DNA from: Adineta vaga
Lineage: Eukaryota > Animalia > Rotifera
Length of the DNA stretch: 64,000 nucleotides
NCBI GenBank assembly: GCA_021613535.1
Contig: CP075492.1
Location: 17,546,001 to 17,610,000 of the forward strand
Reading direction: 5' to 3'
Below the pieces are notes generated by a model that did not search any database, had not been told where the DNA came from, and saw nothing but the letters and a program-made list of their open reading frames with translations. Both the position numbers and the translations under genes were made by a program. Positions 1-12,682 of the stretch are shown one piece after another. Within the stretch, counting starts at the first letter, position 1. Every line of letters begins with the position of its first letter.

Positions 1-633
1 CGTTGTTATAATTATAGAACCATTTTTATATCCTTCCAATAGTTTTAGATCATCAATCACCGCACCACGATATACAGTGAAATGACCTTCACATACGAAT
101 TTATCCAAACTTGGATGAAACATTATAGCAAGAAATGCTTGAATACCATCTTGGGTACATGCTAAGACAGTGCAATTGAGTGATGTGCAATAAAGAGTAA
201 ATTCATGAAAAGTATTTCTCGCCATATCCTTTTTGATTATTTCACCAAACTTTTGTGAACAAGTATAAGCAGAAACAACGGACTTAGAATCTTCGTTTTC
301 ACTGGCAAACTTAAGCTTATTCAAAATTTCTTTCCACGTATTGATATCTTCCGATTTGTCAATATAATCTAAATAACCTTTTATAAAGGCATAAACTGAA
401 TCTTTAATCGTCGCATTTGATCGAAAAAGAATTTTGATCAACCAATGTCGTTTTCTGTATAATTCTTCGTAATATAAACGAAAACGTTCTGCTTTTTTCA
501 AAGCTGAAGTGTATTCATCATTTAAATGCCATTCATAGACAGTTTTTAATACAGGGCAATTGATATAACATTGATTGTTCATATCTAAATCTAAAAAAGA
601 TTCAGTTACTGATACTGATGGTTTTATTCCCAT
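1..633 (-). CDS. ADP-ribosyltransferase (ART/NAD:arginine ADPRT-like) domain protein, 3' end runs off the window
   Basis: Manual translation from ATG at 633: MGIKPSVSVTESFLDLD...LDKFVCEGHFTVYRGAVIDDLKLLEGYKNGSIIITT. VYRG followed by GxIIxTT is the typical lead-in to the STS motif of ART domains. Not in the ORF track because no stop lies inside the window. Confidence 0.65.
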   Translation of the reverse strand, partial: MGIKPSVSVTESFLDLDMNNQCYINCPVLKTVYEWHLNDEYTSALKKAERFRLYYEELYRKRHWLIKILFRSNATIKDSVYAFIKGYLDYIDKSEDINTWKEILNKLKFASENEDSKSVVSAYTCSQKFGEIIKKDMARNTFHEFTLYCTSLNCTVLACTQDGIQAFLAIMFHPSLDKFVCEGHFTVYRGAVIDDLKLLEGYKNGSIIITT

Positions 634-814
634 TCTTTCACAAATAAAAACCGAAAAAAAGAAAAACATTCATGTGTAGGATTGATGTTTATGTCGTAAG
701 GTTGGAAAAAAAGAAAAAAATTCTTATCACTTTCTTTTTTTATATGTGATAAGACACATAAATTTGAAAAAAACTTAGTGACAGTAAGTTAAACTGAGTG
801 ACCTTCGACGTAAA

Positions 815-1867
815 ATGTTGATTAACTGTTCGAATAATGGTCAATTGATATGGAATGAGGTTTTAAATCAATCCTATTGTCAATATAATCCTTGTTATCA
901 AGGTTTCAATTGTTTGGAATTAATTCCTAGAAAACAACAAGTACAATTCGATCTAAACCGTGATAACTTCATCATTTCTTTAATTCTTACATTTTTATCA
1001 TTATTGAACAATGGTTTGACCTTAAAAATATGTATACGTAGCAAACGGATACGTTCTACGAATATTGGTATTTATCTAATTATTTATTCACTTATTTCTA
1101 TAGTTGGAAGAATATTACTTTTCATTGCTTATTCAATACAATATGTGAAACCGACTAATTTACATAATAATATCGAAGTTGATGAAACACTTGATTGTTT
1201 TCTAATGAAGGTAGGCGAACATGTAGCAACCTTTATTTGTTTATGGTTAAGTGCACTTATTGCTTTTGAACGTGCTTTAATCATCTGTTCGACAGTTAGA
1301 ATGAATGCCAGTCGATGGAAATCAATAAAAATCTTATTGATCAGTTTATGTCTTATCGTTCCAAGTTGTGTTCTAATGTTAATTTATCGATGTCAATGGG
1401 GTGTACCGCATGGAACACTAAAATCTCGTTTAACATCTGCTTTGATATATATCGTTGGTTTTCTTGCAGGAATTATTTATATTACATCAACAATCATTGT
1501 TCTAAAGAATTTTGTTTCACGTATATTTGATTTTACTACTGTACAACAATCAAGAAAGAAAATCTATATAACATTATTAAAAAGACATTTCTTTATATTT
1601 CTTCCACCACTGATCTATCTTCTTTGTATTCTTCCGTATCAAATCTGGTATCCAATTAATCGTTACAAACAACCTTTTTTGTATTGTGGAATCTCAGTTA
1701 CTGAATATCTATTTAAGATTTTAGTCAAACAATTAACGACAGTTCCAACTGCAATTACCTGATTGATATTTATCTATCCATCAAATGTATATATGACTGA
1801 ATTTTATCGAGAGACACAACCAGGAAGATGTATAAAACAACTACTACTTCGTTTACATTTTCTATGA
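815..1867 (+). pseudogene. Rhodopsin-like GPCR with N-terminal Cys-rich (EGF-like) remnant and an in-frame TGA at 1760-1762
   Basis: Hydrophobic TM segments, CLWLSALIAFERAL (DRY-like). The frame continues past TGA as (W)LIFIYPSNVYMTEFY...HFL to a stop at 1865-1867, which completes TM7. Confidence 0.7.
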
Positions 1868-1870
1868 GAA

Positions 1871-1933
1871 GGGTGAGGGTGGATGTGGGTTAATGATAAA
1901 CACCAACAACCACAATTCACACCCACCCTCAAG
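1871..1933. repeat. Telomere-like inverted-repeat element, copy 1
   Basis: GGGTGAGGGTGGATGTGGGT-taatgataaacaccaacaac-CACAATTCACACCCACCCTCAAG. Confidence 0.85.
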
Positions 1934-2474
1934 ATTCGAAATATACTTGATAATTTTGTCATAGTTATGGAACAACTGTGTATATTAGCAGACAAAAGTA
2001 TTGAAAATAGTATTAATACATCTTATAGTTCTTCTATATTCATGAAAGAAATCATTTCTCGTTATCAATTTTTTAATGAAATAAATGAAATATTAAATCA
2101 ATTAAAAAAATCCCAATTGAATTTACTCGAACATTGAATTTAATTCGTATAAATCTACAAGGAAATGCATTAATTAGTCAAATACAATTTAATTGGAGAT
2201 TTCTTATCAACGAAGAAAATCAAATAACAAATGTTACATTTCGTATTGAACCTGTTTTTTATATAAATTCCGACCAAAATACAAGTTGTACATGTGCTAC
2301 TCAACAAACTTGTACAATGCCGGGAATAATGTATGACGAATCATCAACTAAGCCATTACAAGGTTTTAAATTAGGTTGTTATATATTTGAAACAGTATTT
2401 TTATCTTCATTATCATGCTTGTATTCGGAAATATGTATTAATGATTATCGATATTTTGCAATTCCATTTTATGC
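1934..2474 (+). pseudogene. Internal fragment of the Cys-rich multi-TM family (same family as 6581-10274), frameshifted, bounded by two palindromic elements
   Basis: LCILADKSIEN...SCTCATQQTC...GFKLGCYIFETVFLSSLSCLYSEICI parallels CSCLLSSKC...FFLGC...LLLSTLECFYDISC in 7920-10274. Confidence 0.75.
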
Positions 2475-2540
2475 TGGGTATGGGTGTGGGCGATATTCGA
2501 TCTTACTGTGCCTGCACCTTCAGCCTCATCCACCTTCAAG
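2475..2540. repeat. Telomere-like inverted-repeat element, copy 2
   Basis: TGGGTATGGGTGTGGG-cgatattcgatcttactgtgcctg-CACCTTCAGCCTCATCCACCTTCAAG. Confidence 0.8.
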
Positions 2541-2854
2541 AATGAATTCTTAGTCTCAGTAACATTATCTTTTTTTCTAATGCCTATCAAGAAATGTATT
2601 ACTCTTAGAAAATACAACGATAATATCTTTCTTTACAAGCACGAATGTGAATGATGGTATTGTATTGTTTTTAGATATATTCAAGTAGAAGGCGGTTACT
2701 TCGTTAATGATTAAATGATGATGATTGTAAAAAAGAATGAAAAGTATTTATTTGAAATAAAAAGAAATCATTCTTGGTTGTATCTACTTGATTGTTTAAT
2801 TGATAAGTCTACTCTTAATGACATTCATTTGCGAGTCAAGAGAAAAAAATGATT

Positions 2855-3070
2855 CTCACCCTTACTCACACTCTTGAAATGCTTTTCTCTGCTCTATGAT
2901 TCCTTTGCACCACCGCTGTATAAAAGAATGACGAAATAAAAGTAATTAAAAATAGGGATCAATTATAAATTAAAAGAGATGGATTAATTCATGACGCTTT
3001 AAGAAAATTTATGCGCAAAGCAGAAATAAAATCAAACACTTGCTGATGTGTTGTGGCAGGGTGTGGGTGA
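2855..3070. repeat. Two half-sites of the element (C-arm 2855-2876, G-arm 3057-3070)
   Basis: CTCACCCTTACTCACACTCTTG and CAGGGTGTGGGTGA. Confidence 0.5.
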
Positions 3071-3758
3071 AGCATAAATTTCCATTTCAATGTAGCGTTA
3101 AAAAAAATTTTTTATTTTTCAAAATTTTAACAAGCACTAACTTAAATGTGAAATCACGGAGCGTTGTAGAAAACTATCAATCATTTGATCTCGATTATAT
3201 TTATTACTTATCGAGAACAACTATTATAAATGCTTTGAAAAGAGTATTATTTTAGGAAACTATCTCTATAATCATACATAAAGTAATTTGTTTTGAAAAT
3301 AAAATTCAAGCATTTTCTTTCAAATTTATATATATATTGTGTTAGAATTCGTCAAACTCTACGATATTATGTACGTGAAGTCTCTTGAAAGAATTTTTTG
3401 AAGCGAAAAAAAATCCAAAAGGATCATTGATAAAAAATGAATGAAAACGTTTAGATTGGATGACTCATACACTATCAGCAATAAGACGGTGATTAACAAA
3501 ATAAGTAATAGAAAGATTCTTGTTTTCATCTATAGGTTTATTTTGATTATAACGTGAAAAAAACGACAAGAAACACAATACAATAGCAATAGCGATACAT
3601 TATCCCTTAATTCTCTTCCATTTTTGTCACAATTAACAGTAAGTTTATATGTTTACACTAGGATTTACAACATTCAGATAAAAATATAGGAATACATTGA
3701 AAAGCATGACAAAATGTTATTTAGCTTTGTTCTTCTACATAAGTTCTTTCTATTGCAC

Positions 3759-4742
3759 TCAAGTCTTTGCAAGGTTAATTGCTCTTGGTTGCGCTTCATG
3801 ACTAACAGATGCTATTCGACGATGTAGAATTTGCTTCATTTTCGATCCCAATTGTGGTATTGAAAGAAAACACGCAAAAGGAAATAGTAACGGAACGAAA
3901 TACGTGAGAAAACCAGTTCGTTGCAGGAGCATGACTGCCATAGGTGATGGAGCTGTTATAACCCATATATAGGCAATATAAAATGGTAGATTAAGTGAAA
4001 GATAGAGAAATGCAATAGAAACAAGTTGAAAGATCATTGTTCGATATTTTTGCCAATTGATTGATTGTTGAAGACGAGCTTTTGACCGATAAACTCGAAA
4101 CAAAAGTGCACCATTACATATGAGTACACATATCAATGGAAATATGCCATGAAAACTTGTTTGCCACATACCTATTGATGGATCTCTCGACTGACAACCA
4201 TAATAACATATGTTATTGTCAAAATCCACTTGAGTTTCACATGGAAAGAAAAAGCTGCAATAAATATAAAATATGATTTGATAAATGCTGATGAGAATCG
4301 GTGGCATATAATGAAAACAAACATTTTTCCATTTTAGATTGAATATATTACTATGAAAAATGAGAAGATGTCGTTCAAATGATGCCCAAGCAACTAAAAG
4401 ATTCATCGCACAAAAAGACACAGTCTCAATAAACGATCTAGTTTTACATAATGTCATAGACCAACGAATAGTTGGTTTTGATCTATGGGAATCTAATACT
4501 ATTGGAGTCATAAACGAAGATAGGATAAAAGAATAAAATAATGTAAATAAAATAATATAATTGTTTGGTGCCGAACGAAGAGTTTTATTGAAAAAAGTAA
4601 GAATAAATACGATAAGATGCATAAAAGTAGATGGAATAACAAAAGTTAGGAATAGTATAAATGATATATTCTTGGAAATAAATGTAAATGGACTCTCTAT
4701 TTCATCCTGTTCGGTAATATTTGTATTTTGAGACACATTCAT
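3759..4742 (-). CDS. Rhodopsin-like GPCR (intronless)
   Basis: 327 aa, 7 hydrophobic segments, LVAWASFERHLLIFH motif shared with 16240 and 34753. Confidence 0.85.
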   Translation of the reverse strand: MNVSQNTNITEQDEIESPFTFISKNISFILFLTFVIPSTFMHLIVFILTFFNKTLRSAPNNYIILFTLFYSFILSSFMTPIVLDSHRSKPTIRWSMTLCKTRSFIETVSFCAMNLLVAWASFERHLLIFHSNIFNLKWKNVCFHYMPPILISIYQIIFYIYCSFFFPCETQVDFDNNICYYGCQSRDPSIGMWQTSFHGIFPLICVLICNGALLFRVYRSKARLQQSINWQKYRTMIFQLVSIAFLYLSLNLPFYIAYIWVITAPSPMAVMLLQRTGFLTYFVPLLFPFACFLSIPQLGSKMKQILHRRIASVSHEAQPRAINLAKT

Positions 4743-5396
4743 TTTGTGAGTTCTGCTTTCAAGTTAGAAAAATGATATACAGATGAATGATGGACAGAGA
4801 AAAGTTTTGAAGATGTCAATTAGGAATTAGTCGATGCATTAATTCATAACGTATGAATAAATTTTGTGATGAAAGCGTCAGTGAAAACGTCATTTTCACA
4901 AATGGATGAAGAAGATCTTGTCTACAAAAAGAGATCTAAAAAATCATGAAAGCAAATGTTTTAATCTCAGTTATATTTGTAAACCATGTCAAAAGGAAAA
5001 ATAACTAGTGCGAATCTAAAGATTAACATCGATATAATGTTGGTATTCAGTTAGAATAGAAACAATCCATTTCAATCACAGAATTCATTTTCAAGGGTTA
5101 AGGCCTAGCCTACCCATGAAAGTTAATTCTTGTCAAATTTTTCGATTTTTGTTTACGATGGATTTTAAGGGTTTTTAGAGGTATTTCTGAAAACTTTTAT
5201 CCAACAAAAACGAAGCCATTCGAATAATTGAATATTTTTTATCTATTTCTATTTGTAATGTCAAATTACATTTCTTCGTACTGCAAAAAATGTTATCTTG
5301 ACTTTGATTCTGGCACGTAGCAAGATGTATATTTATTTTTCTTTCATGTGCTTTCTCTATACCTCCACTATGTGGAATGTGATGCATCTCAAAACA

Positions 5397-5458
5397 GGGT
5401 GTGGGTGTGAGTATTAGATAGATATAACACTAATACCCATACCAATCTACACCCTCAA
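5397..5458. repeat. Telomere-like inverted-repeat element, copy 3
   Basis: GGGTGTGGGTGTGAGTATTAG-atagatataaca-CTAATACCCATACCAATCTACACCCTCAA. Confidence 0.85.
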
Positions 5459-6298
5459 AATCGATTGAGAAAATTAAGAATTGTTTGTTCCAATAACGTT
5501 CGTTGTTGATTTTTTGTAATAGTTGTATACACTGTATATATACTTGGAATGATACTGATAATAATATAAAGAATATCATGAACAAATAAACAACGAAGTA
5601 ATTGAAAATCTTTTTTTGTCATTGATCTAATTTCATACCGATGTTGATGTCGTGGAAAAGATCGTATATGGCGAACATTTTTAAAAGAAAAATTGACAAT
5701 ACAATCATTAAAATACATGTTAAAGATTTAAATATTATTAAATAATAAGTAACAAAATCTGTATAGGATTTTATTCGATCATTAGAACAAACAACATATG
5801 AAGAACCATACGTTTAAAGATTTACTTTAATTAATGAATGAAAATTAAATATAATCCAAAATAATGTACTTATACTTATAGAAAAATAAGCTAAACGTTT
5901 TGAACTATATAAACGTGTATCAACATTTTGTGAAGATATTAATAAACGATCGATTGATGCAAGTGCAAGAATTGTTGGTAGAAGAGTTGAAAATAAATAT
6001 GCTGCATAATTAAAAATTTTACATAAAACTACATTGGAATTTTGTATATTAATATTAAAACCAGTAATAAAAGCTGTTCCCAAGACAACTGTATTGACAT
6101 AAGCAAAACTAACAAACAGGCAACATTTAAAATATAAAACACAAACATTTTTTCTCCATGTTTTTCGAAAGAAAATCAATGCACTTAAAATATTGCCAAT
6201 ATTACTCAAAATACAAATGATTAAATTACCATATCGATAAATATAAATAATAATATTATTTAATAATTCTATGTAGTAATTCTCCAGTGAAGACCCAT
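5455..6298 (-). pseudogene. Rhodopsin-like GPCR pseudogene interrupted at the element
   Basis: LASIDRLLISSQNVDTRLYSSKRLAY motif. Frameshift just after the ATG, TAA at 5814-5816, frameshift near 5690. The frame ends in the TGA of the element before TM7. Confidence 0.8.
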
Positions 6299-6580
6299 TT
6301 GTTCAATAATATGCAAATAATTATTCATAATAAAAATATAATTCTTCAATTCATTTTTTTTCTATTTAATAAACGATATATATACTTAACATGATAAGTA
6401 TATTATATTTCCGTTATTGTGCATTTATGAGTATTTTAGTAAAAGTTTTTCTTTGTTTTTTATTCAAGACAAACTCGAAGGACATTTTAGGAGTTTTTAA
6501 AGTAAAATTTTTATTTTTAATTACGAAACATTAATAGAATAGAAAGTCATTTCTTTTTTATTTATATCAAATATAAATTC

Positions 6581-9500
6581 ATGTCTTCTCTGAAAAGTTT
6601 CTTTCTTAATTTAAATCTATTTTCACCCAAACCTGATAATTTGGAACAGGAAACTGTTGAACAACGTCGATGGAATCTTATTGGAACACGAATTTATATT
6701 TTACTTCTTATATTAATTCTTATTAGTATTGGTCTTGCTTTATCTTTAATTAGTCAAACAATAAAGATTGTTATAGATAATCCAACAAAAGAACAAATAG
6801 ACAAACTTCCTAGTAATGCTAAATGTTTATGTTCTCAAATTTTAATACCTTATAGAAAATTTACATCAGTCGAAGTCAAATTGCATTCAATTTGTACAAG
6901 TGATTTTATTACAGATCAATGGATAAATGCAATCTATTACGGATATTATACTACTCTTTTCTATTTTGGTGATTTTCGAACGTATGGTAGTGCTCAATTT
7001 CAATCACTTGCTGGATTTTGTCGATTATCAAAATCTAATATAAATCAAAATATTGATTTATTTTATTCTAAAACATTACTTAGTTCAGAAGTTTTATCTA
7101 AAAATGTTCTTCAACCTCAAACTAAATCATCGTTTGAACAATTTCAATCAATAGCATCGAATACATTTAAAAATCAATTGAAATTAATTATTTATATGAT
7201 CATTGCAAATGGATTAATATCTGGTCTTCAAACAAATTCTTTTTTTCAAATCGATACTGATAATCAAAATCGGCTTGGTATTAATAATGTTATTATTCTA
7301 ATAAAACAAGATGATGGTTCAGTATGCAATTGTCAATTAGATATTTGTAATAAAAGTTTATCAGGTATATACAATATATTTAATGCACCAACTCCACTAC
7401 GTATGGGTAATTTAGTGTTCGAAATTCCTGGAATGTCGTCAAGTTGTTTACCAGTCACTTCAATACTTGGTTCAACACTCGAATGTTTTTATAATTCAAC
7501 ATGTATTTCTCACCTTCTCTCATTTTTTCTTACAAATGAATATTTCCAATCATTACCAATATATAATCAAAGTATTTATAATCCACAATCAACAATTCAA
7601 TCAATTGTTGATAATTTAATGATAGAAAATTGGACAATTGATATTTCCTATGAGAAATATTATTCTGAATGTTCACCATTATCGTGTATTTATTTTAAAA
7701 CTTCTCGATATGATATTGAATTTATTCTGAAAACATTAATTAGTTCATTTGCAAGTTTAATCTTAATACTTGGATTAATAATTCCAATTTGTATTACATT
7801 TATGCAACAAATAAAAGATCGAAGACCTAAACCAAAAATTCCTTGTAAATTTGATTTGAATGATTGTATTATAAAAATTTCATTTCTTTTCTTTTCTAGT
7901 ATCTCTTCGTTTATATCAATTGAAAATTCTTATTAAAAGACAATTATTTGAATTGAATCTTTTCAAACATTATCCAAGTTCAGATCAACAAATTCGATAT
8001 CAACGTTATGCTACTCGACTTTATTTATTTTGTACTATTATTTCATTTATTATTTTAGCATTTTATATATTTACAATTAAAACAATTCAATCAAAAACAA
8101 TTATTAATCCAACAGAATCTCAATATATTGAACTTGAAAACGAACATTTTCAATCTTTATCATGTCCTTGTAGTTCAATATCAATGTTATATTTAGATTT
8201 TTTCACAATTTATCCACAATATCATCAAGTATGTTCGAGTGATATTATTTCCGATGAATGGTTTGAATATTTGCATCATTCAGTACGAAATCGTTTGTTT
8301 ATTATGGATTATAGAAGTAGTGCAGCTGGTCAATTTAAATTCTTATCAATTTTATGTGAACAATCTCAAAGAATGATAAATGATGCACTTCAATTGTTTC
8401 TTCAAACAAGATTTCTTACTTTACAAGTTATTTCTCAACGATCATTTCAAATTCAAATCGATTCAGTTTTTCAAGACTGGAAATTAACAACAATAAAAAC
8501 TTTTTTAACAACGATTCACTTATTTCAAGAAGTTGTACAATCAAATCGACTGATTAATATTTTCAATTTTGGAATGGACATCGACTCAACTACCGGAGAT
8601 GTTTTATTGACAATATTTGAAAACTCGAATTGTAGTTGTCTTCTTTCATCAAAATGTTATTCATCTACTAATATCTATCATTATGATCAATTTTCTAATA
8701 AATTTACTGTAATTTATACAGTACCAAATTTTTTTCTTGGTTGTTTTCAAATAACATCATTATTATTATCAACATTAGAATGTTTTTATGATATTTCATG
8801 TATGTTACAAATTGATGCATATATCGATTCAACGAAAGCTTTCAATTTTTCTCCTCTTGATCCAAATCTTAGTTTGGCCAATGAAACAGTCGATGATCTT
8901 GTTAATAAATTAATGGTCAATGAATGGTTATCTAATATTTCATTTACTTTATATTATAAAACATGTGCACCATTATCTTGTACATATCAATATGAAGGAC
9001 GAAATAATCTTTTAGTTATTTTCACAATTATTTTAGGAATATTTAGTGGATTATCACTTGGAATGAAGTTATTGATTGTAATTGCATTACAATTTATTGA
9101 TAAAATCATTGCAAATGGAGTTCATACTCGTATTTTATTACGATTAATTCAATATATATTTAGTTGTAATACTGAACATCAAATTATTCATCGATTACAT
9201 TTTATCTTTGTCATTACAACTCTTACTATTCTTTATTATTTTTCTGGTTTTACGCCTTCTATAAAAATTATTCAAATTGATAAACCTACATTATCTACAT
9301 ATAAACAATTAGTTGAACAGTCATTTGATTCATTTCATTGTACTTGTTCTCAAATATCAATTAAACATCATGTATTTCTTAATATAACACCTCGTTTTCA
9401 TTCGATTTGTTCAAGTTATTTTACATCTGATGAGTGGATTTCTTATTTATATGGTGATAGCAATCCTATTTTTTCATATCATCGAAATGATTTTTTACAA

Positions 9501-10274
9501 TCGGCGAATGATCAATTTCGAATTCTTGCTACTCTTTGTCGTTTATCTCAAGAGACAGTTACAAATACACTTTTACAATTAGGTTCAAGTGATTTTATTG
9601 ATACAGAACTTTTATCATTCGATTCATTAAATGAACGTATCGAAAAAAAAACAATGATTGATTTTGAAAGAACAATGCCAAAATTATTTGTAAATACACT
9701 TTTATTAATTCGAGAAATACTTGGACCCAATATGATATTAAGTACTGCGTTTACTAATTGGGGATATTTTGTACAAAATAATGTTGATTCTTATCCTCGC
9801 GCCCTTCGTATTATCTCATGGGAATATAATGGATGTGATTGTGAAGTATCATCGAAATGTGTTTCTCCATCGCGTGGTATGTTAGCTGGCTGTTATGCAC
9901 TTGAAACAATCTTACAAACACCAATTCGATGTTTATACAATCAAACATGTATTGATTCATCAAATAATTTTCAAGCTATTAATATGTCTTCTTTATTATC
10001 AAGTCGTTTCTCATTAAATTCAACAATTGAATCTCTTGTGAACAATTTAATGATTGAAGAATTGTTAACTAACATATCGTATGAAATATATTTCAATACA
10101 TGTGCACCTTCATTATGTACCTATTCTTATACAGTTAAATATAATATTATTGAAGGTATAACAACATTAATTCATCTTTATGGTGATTTATTTATTATTT
10201 ATCGAATATTATCAATATTCATTGTTAAATATATTTTATGTCGGAAACGAAAAATTCATCCAATAAGAGATTAA
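6581..10274 (+). CDS. Large Cys-rich multi-pass membrane protein with three tandem modules (lineage-specific family), ~1212 aa
   Basis: A GT-AG intron at 7845-7899 joins the two ORFs in frame (...KIP/LSLRLYQLKILIK). Three repeats of TM-CxCSxI...H.ICSS.F....W...LEC.Y...C...Y..CAP..C.Y-TM. Confidence 0.8.
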
Positions 10275-12682
10275 TCCTTAAACAATTGTCTTAGTATTCT
10301 TCTTTAGTATATGTTTTTGTTTTGATATGAAAATCAATTATTTCTTCGTGTTAATCATTTCTTTGTTTCCATTTATCATAAATATCAATATCAACATTGT
10401 TTCTTTCGCTTCATGTGCATCACATCGAGTAACATCAAATTGATATACATGACGTCTAGCTTTTATGTTTCGAATTACTTCAAGTGTCATATTTTTCTTC
10501 GCATTACTATGCTTTTCATTTTGTATTACATTTCACTTTTAAATTAAAAAACTAAACATGAAGGAAAAAGAAACACATATCCGTAATATACAAGATGTTC
10601 GTAGGGAGGTGCGGTGTCGGTTTATTGAACACCGGTAATACTAGAACACCGATCACTGATATCATGTAATTGATTGCTACATTTTATGACAAGATATGTG
10701 CTTAAAATAAATAGAGAACGTTCACAAGATAGATGTATGGTATCTTCAAGATAAATAAAAGTTCTTCCAGTATTCTTGACTTAAGAATTATTAATAATAC
10801 ACAACTGATTGGTCCATTTGATTATCTGAATGAATCAATTAGTACTAATGAATGAATAGCATATCTTGAGAGAGGTGACGAAAGCTCCTATTAAATTACA
10901 TTGAAAAGATGAAGTTGATCTGTTCTTTAGAGGTCCATATTCGTCGGCAATTAAAAATCCTCATAACATGATATAGAGTTTTAAAATTTTGAAATAAATA
11001 GAAAATTTTTCATGTGCAGATAAACGAAGAAATAACTAAGATAAAGTAAGTCAAAGAGAATCGTGAGTCACCTAACACCCCCACCTCACCCCCTCCCCCC
11101 TTCAAAACTCAGTCCCACTAGACCTAGACCCATCGTACTATCGGTTTTCAACGTTTGCGATCTTTTTTAAGAAAAATGTTTTTTGAACTTTGAACTTTGA
11201 CCCTGACACAAACAAATTTACATACAACCTATTTTTTTTCATATGACCCTCCTTACAGTCGAGGGAATAAACACCTTTTTTTTAATTTGATCTTTATAAG
11301 ATTTTAATCATTTGAGAAAAGAAGTTTTTCTTCTTCATTTTATTATTATATTTATATTAAAATCATTGGTTTAGTATTTTTAAAAAATCAGTTATATATA
11401 TTATTCTTTGAACGATTATAAACTTTTATTTAGGATGAGGATAGAATATTTACACATGAATCTCACTTTTCAAGAATGTGAGAAGAACAATATTCAACGT
11501 CACGTTATCTATTGCTCCGGGAATTTAATTATTTTCTCAACATCATTCTTTAACTGAAAGCACGTGGTCAGTCAAATGGTAATTGTTTTCTCAAGATCTT
11601 GTAGGTAAAATAAATATTCCTATGTTTTCAATGGTTAATTTCATATTTTTATTTCTTTTCATCATGTTATCTTTATTAGTCTAAATATAGAATAGTGATA
11701 TCGAAGAAATAACCAACTAATTAAATATTTTTTTTCATACAATATTAGTTTGAATAATGAGAAAAATGCGCTTTTTTTTCGATTGTTGTTATGCTATTTA
11801 TTCAATATATTAAAACATTCGTTTTCAATTATTTCTTATCGTTATAGATAGAATTTTACGAATGATATACAGATTACAATGAGAACTATCTGAATCAGAA
11901 GGAAATTAAGATAGTTTCTATCCATATGTTATTGTTAGTCGATGTTTGATAAGTCAAAGTATATCTTGTGAAAACCAAGGACTTAAACAGTTTCTCATAA
12001 TTATCTTAGAATTCTAATGATTGTTGAAAAATTTGACTATAGTAAGTTATTGAATGTCTATGAATATATTCTTTTAACGCGTTGCTATTTTTACGTCTAA
12101 ATTACTTAACATACTAAAATACTATTAGTGTTATATTTATCTATTCTTTGAAAAGAAAGAAATACAAATCGTTTCTAATTCTTCTGAAAACAATTGTGTA
12201 GTTTCGTCGGCCACTCAACAACTAGAATTTCATCAATATACTTTATCAAAATATAGATTTGATCTACGTGCGTAATGAGGAAAAATTTACTGATCAATAT
12301 TCATTGTGTAGAAAATATACAATAGTCCTGTTGATGGTTTTCACTGAAAATCTATGCTTTTAAACAAATTAAAAATCCTTTTTGACTTTTTTAATCTGAT
12401 TTTTCACTGATTTTTTCCTTTTCATTTTTTTTGTGATCATTCAAAGATCAAATCGCGAAAATAACCGAGTTCTTCTTAACTATATCTGAAGTAAAAATAA
12501 CATTAGTTTTCCATCTAAATCTCCTCGTTCGAGCGATCAAAATTCTTGTTATTACATACAATACATCAAACATCTATTCAAAACAATCTAGACTTCCACT
12601 ATACGATCACGAATTTTTTATTAATTTATTTTTGATTTCACTTAGAAGAGACTACTGAAACAATCAACATTAATTTTCTAAC

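Noticed and set aside
1760-1762. Alternative genetic code (TGA=Trp) for the whole window
   Set aside because: Intact genes use TGG for Trp and several end properly in TGA, so the in-frame TGAs are local.
11070-11105. C-rich tract as a copy of the palindromic element (also 14117-14170, 38575-38590)
   Set aside because: Too degenerate to list as a feature; mentioned only as a candidate.
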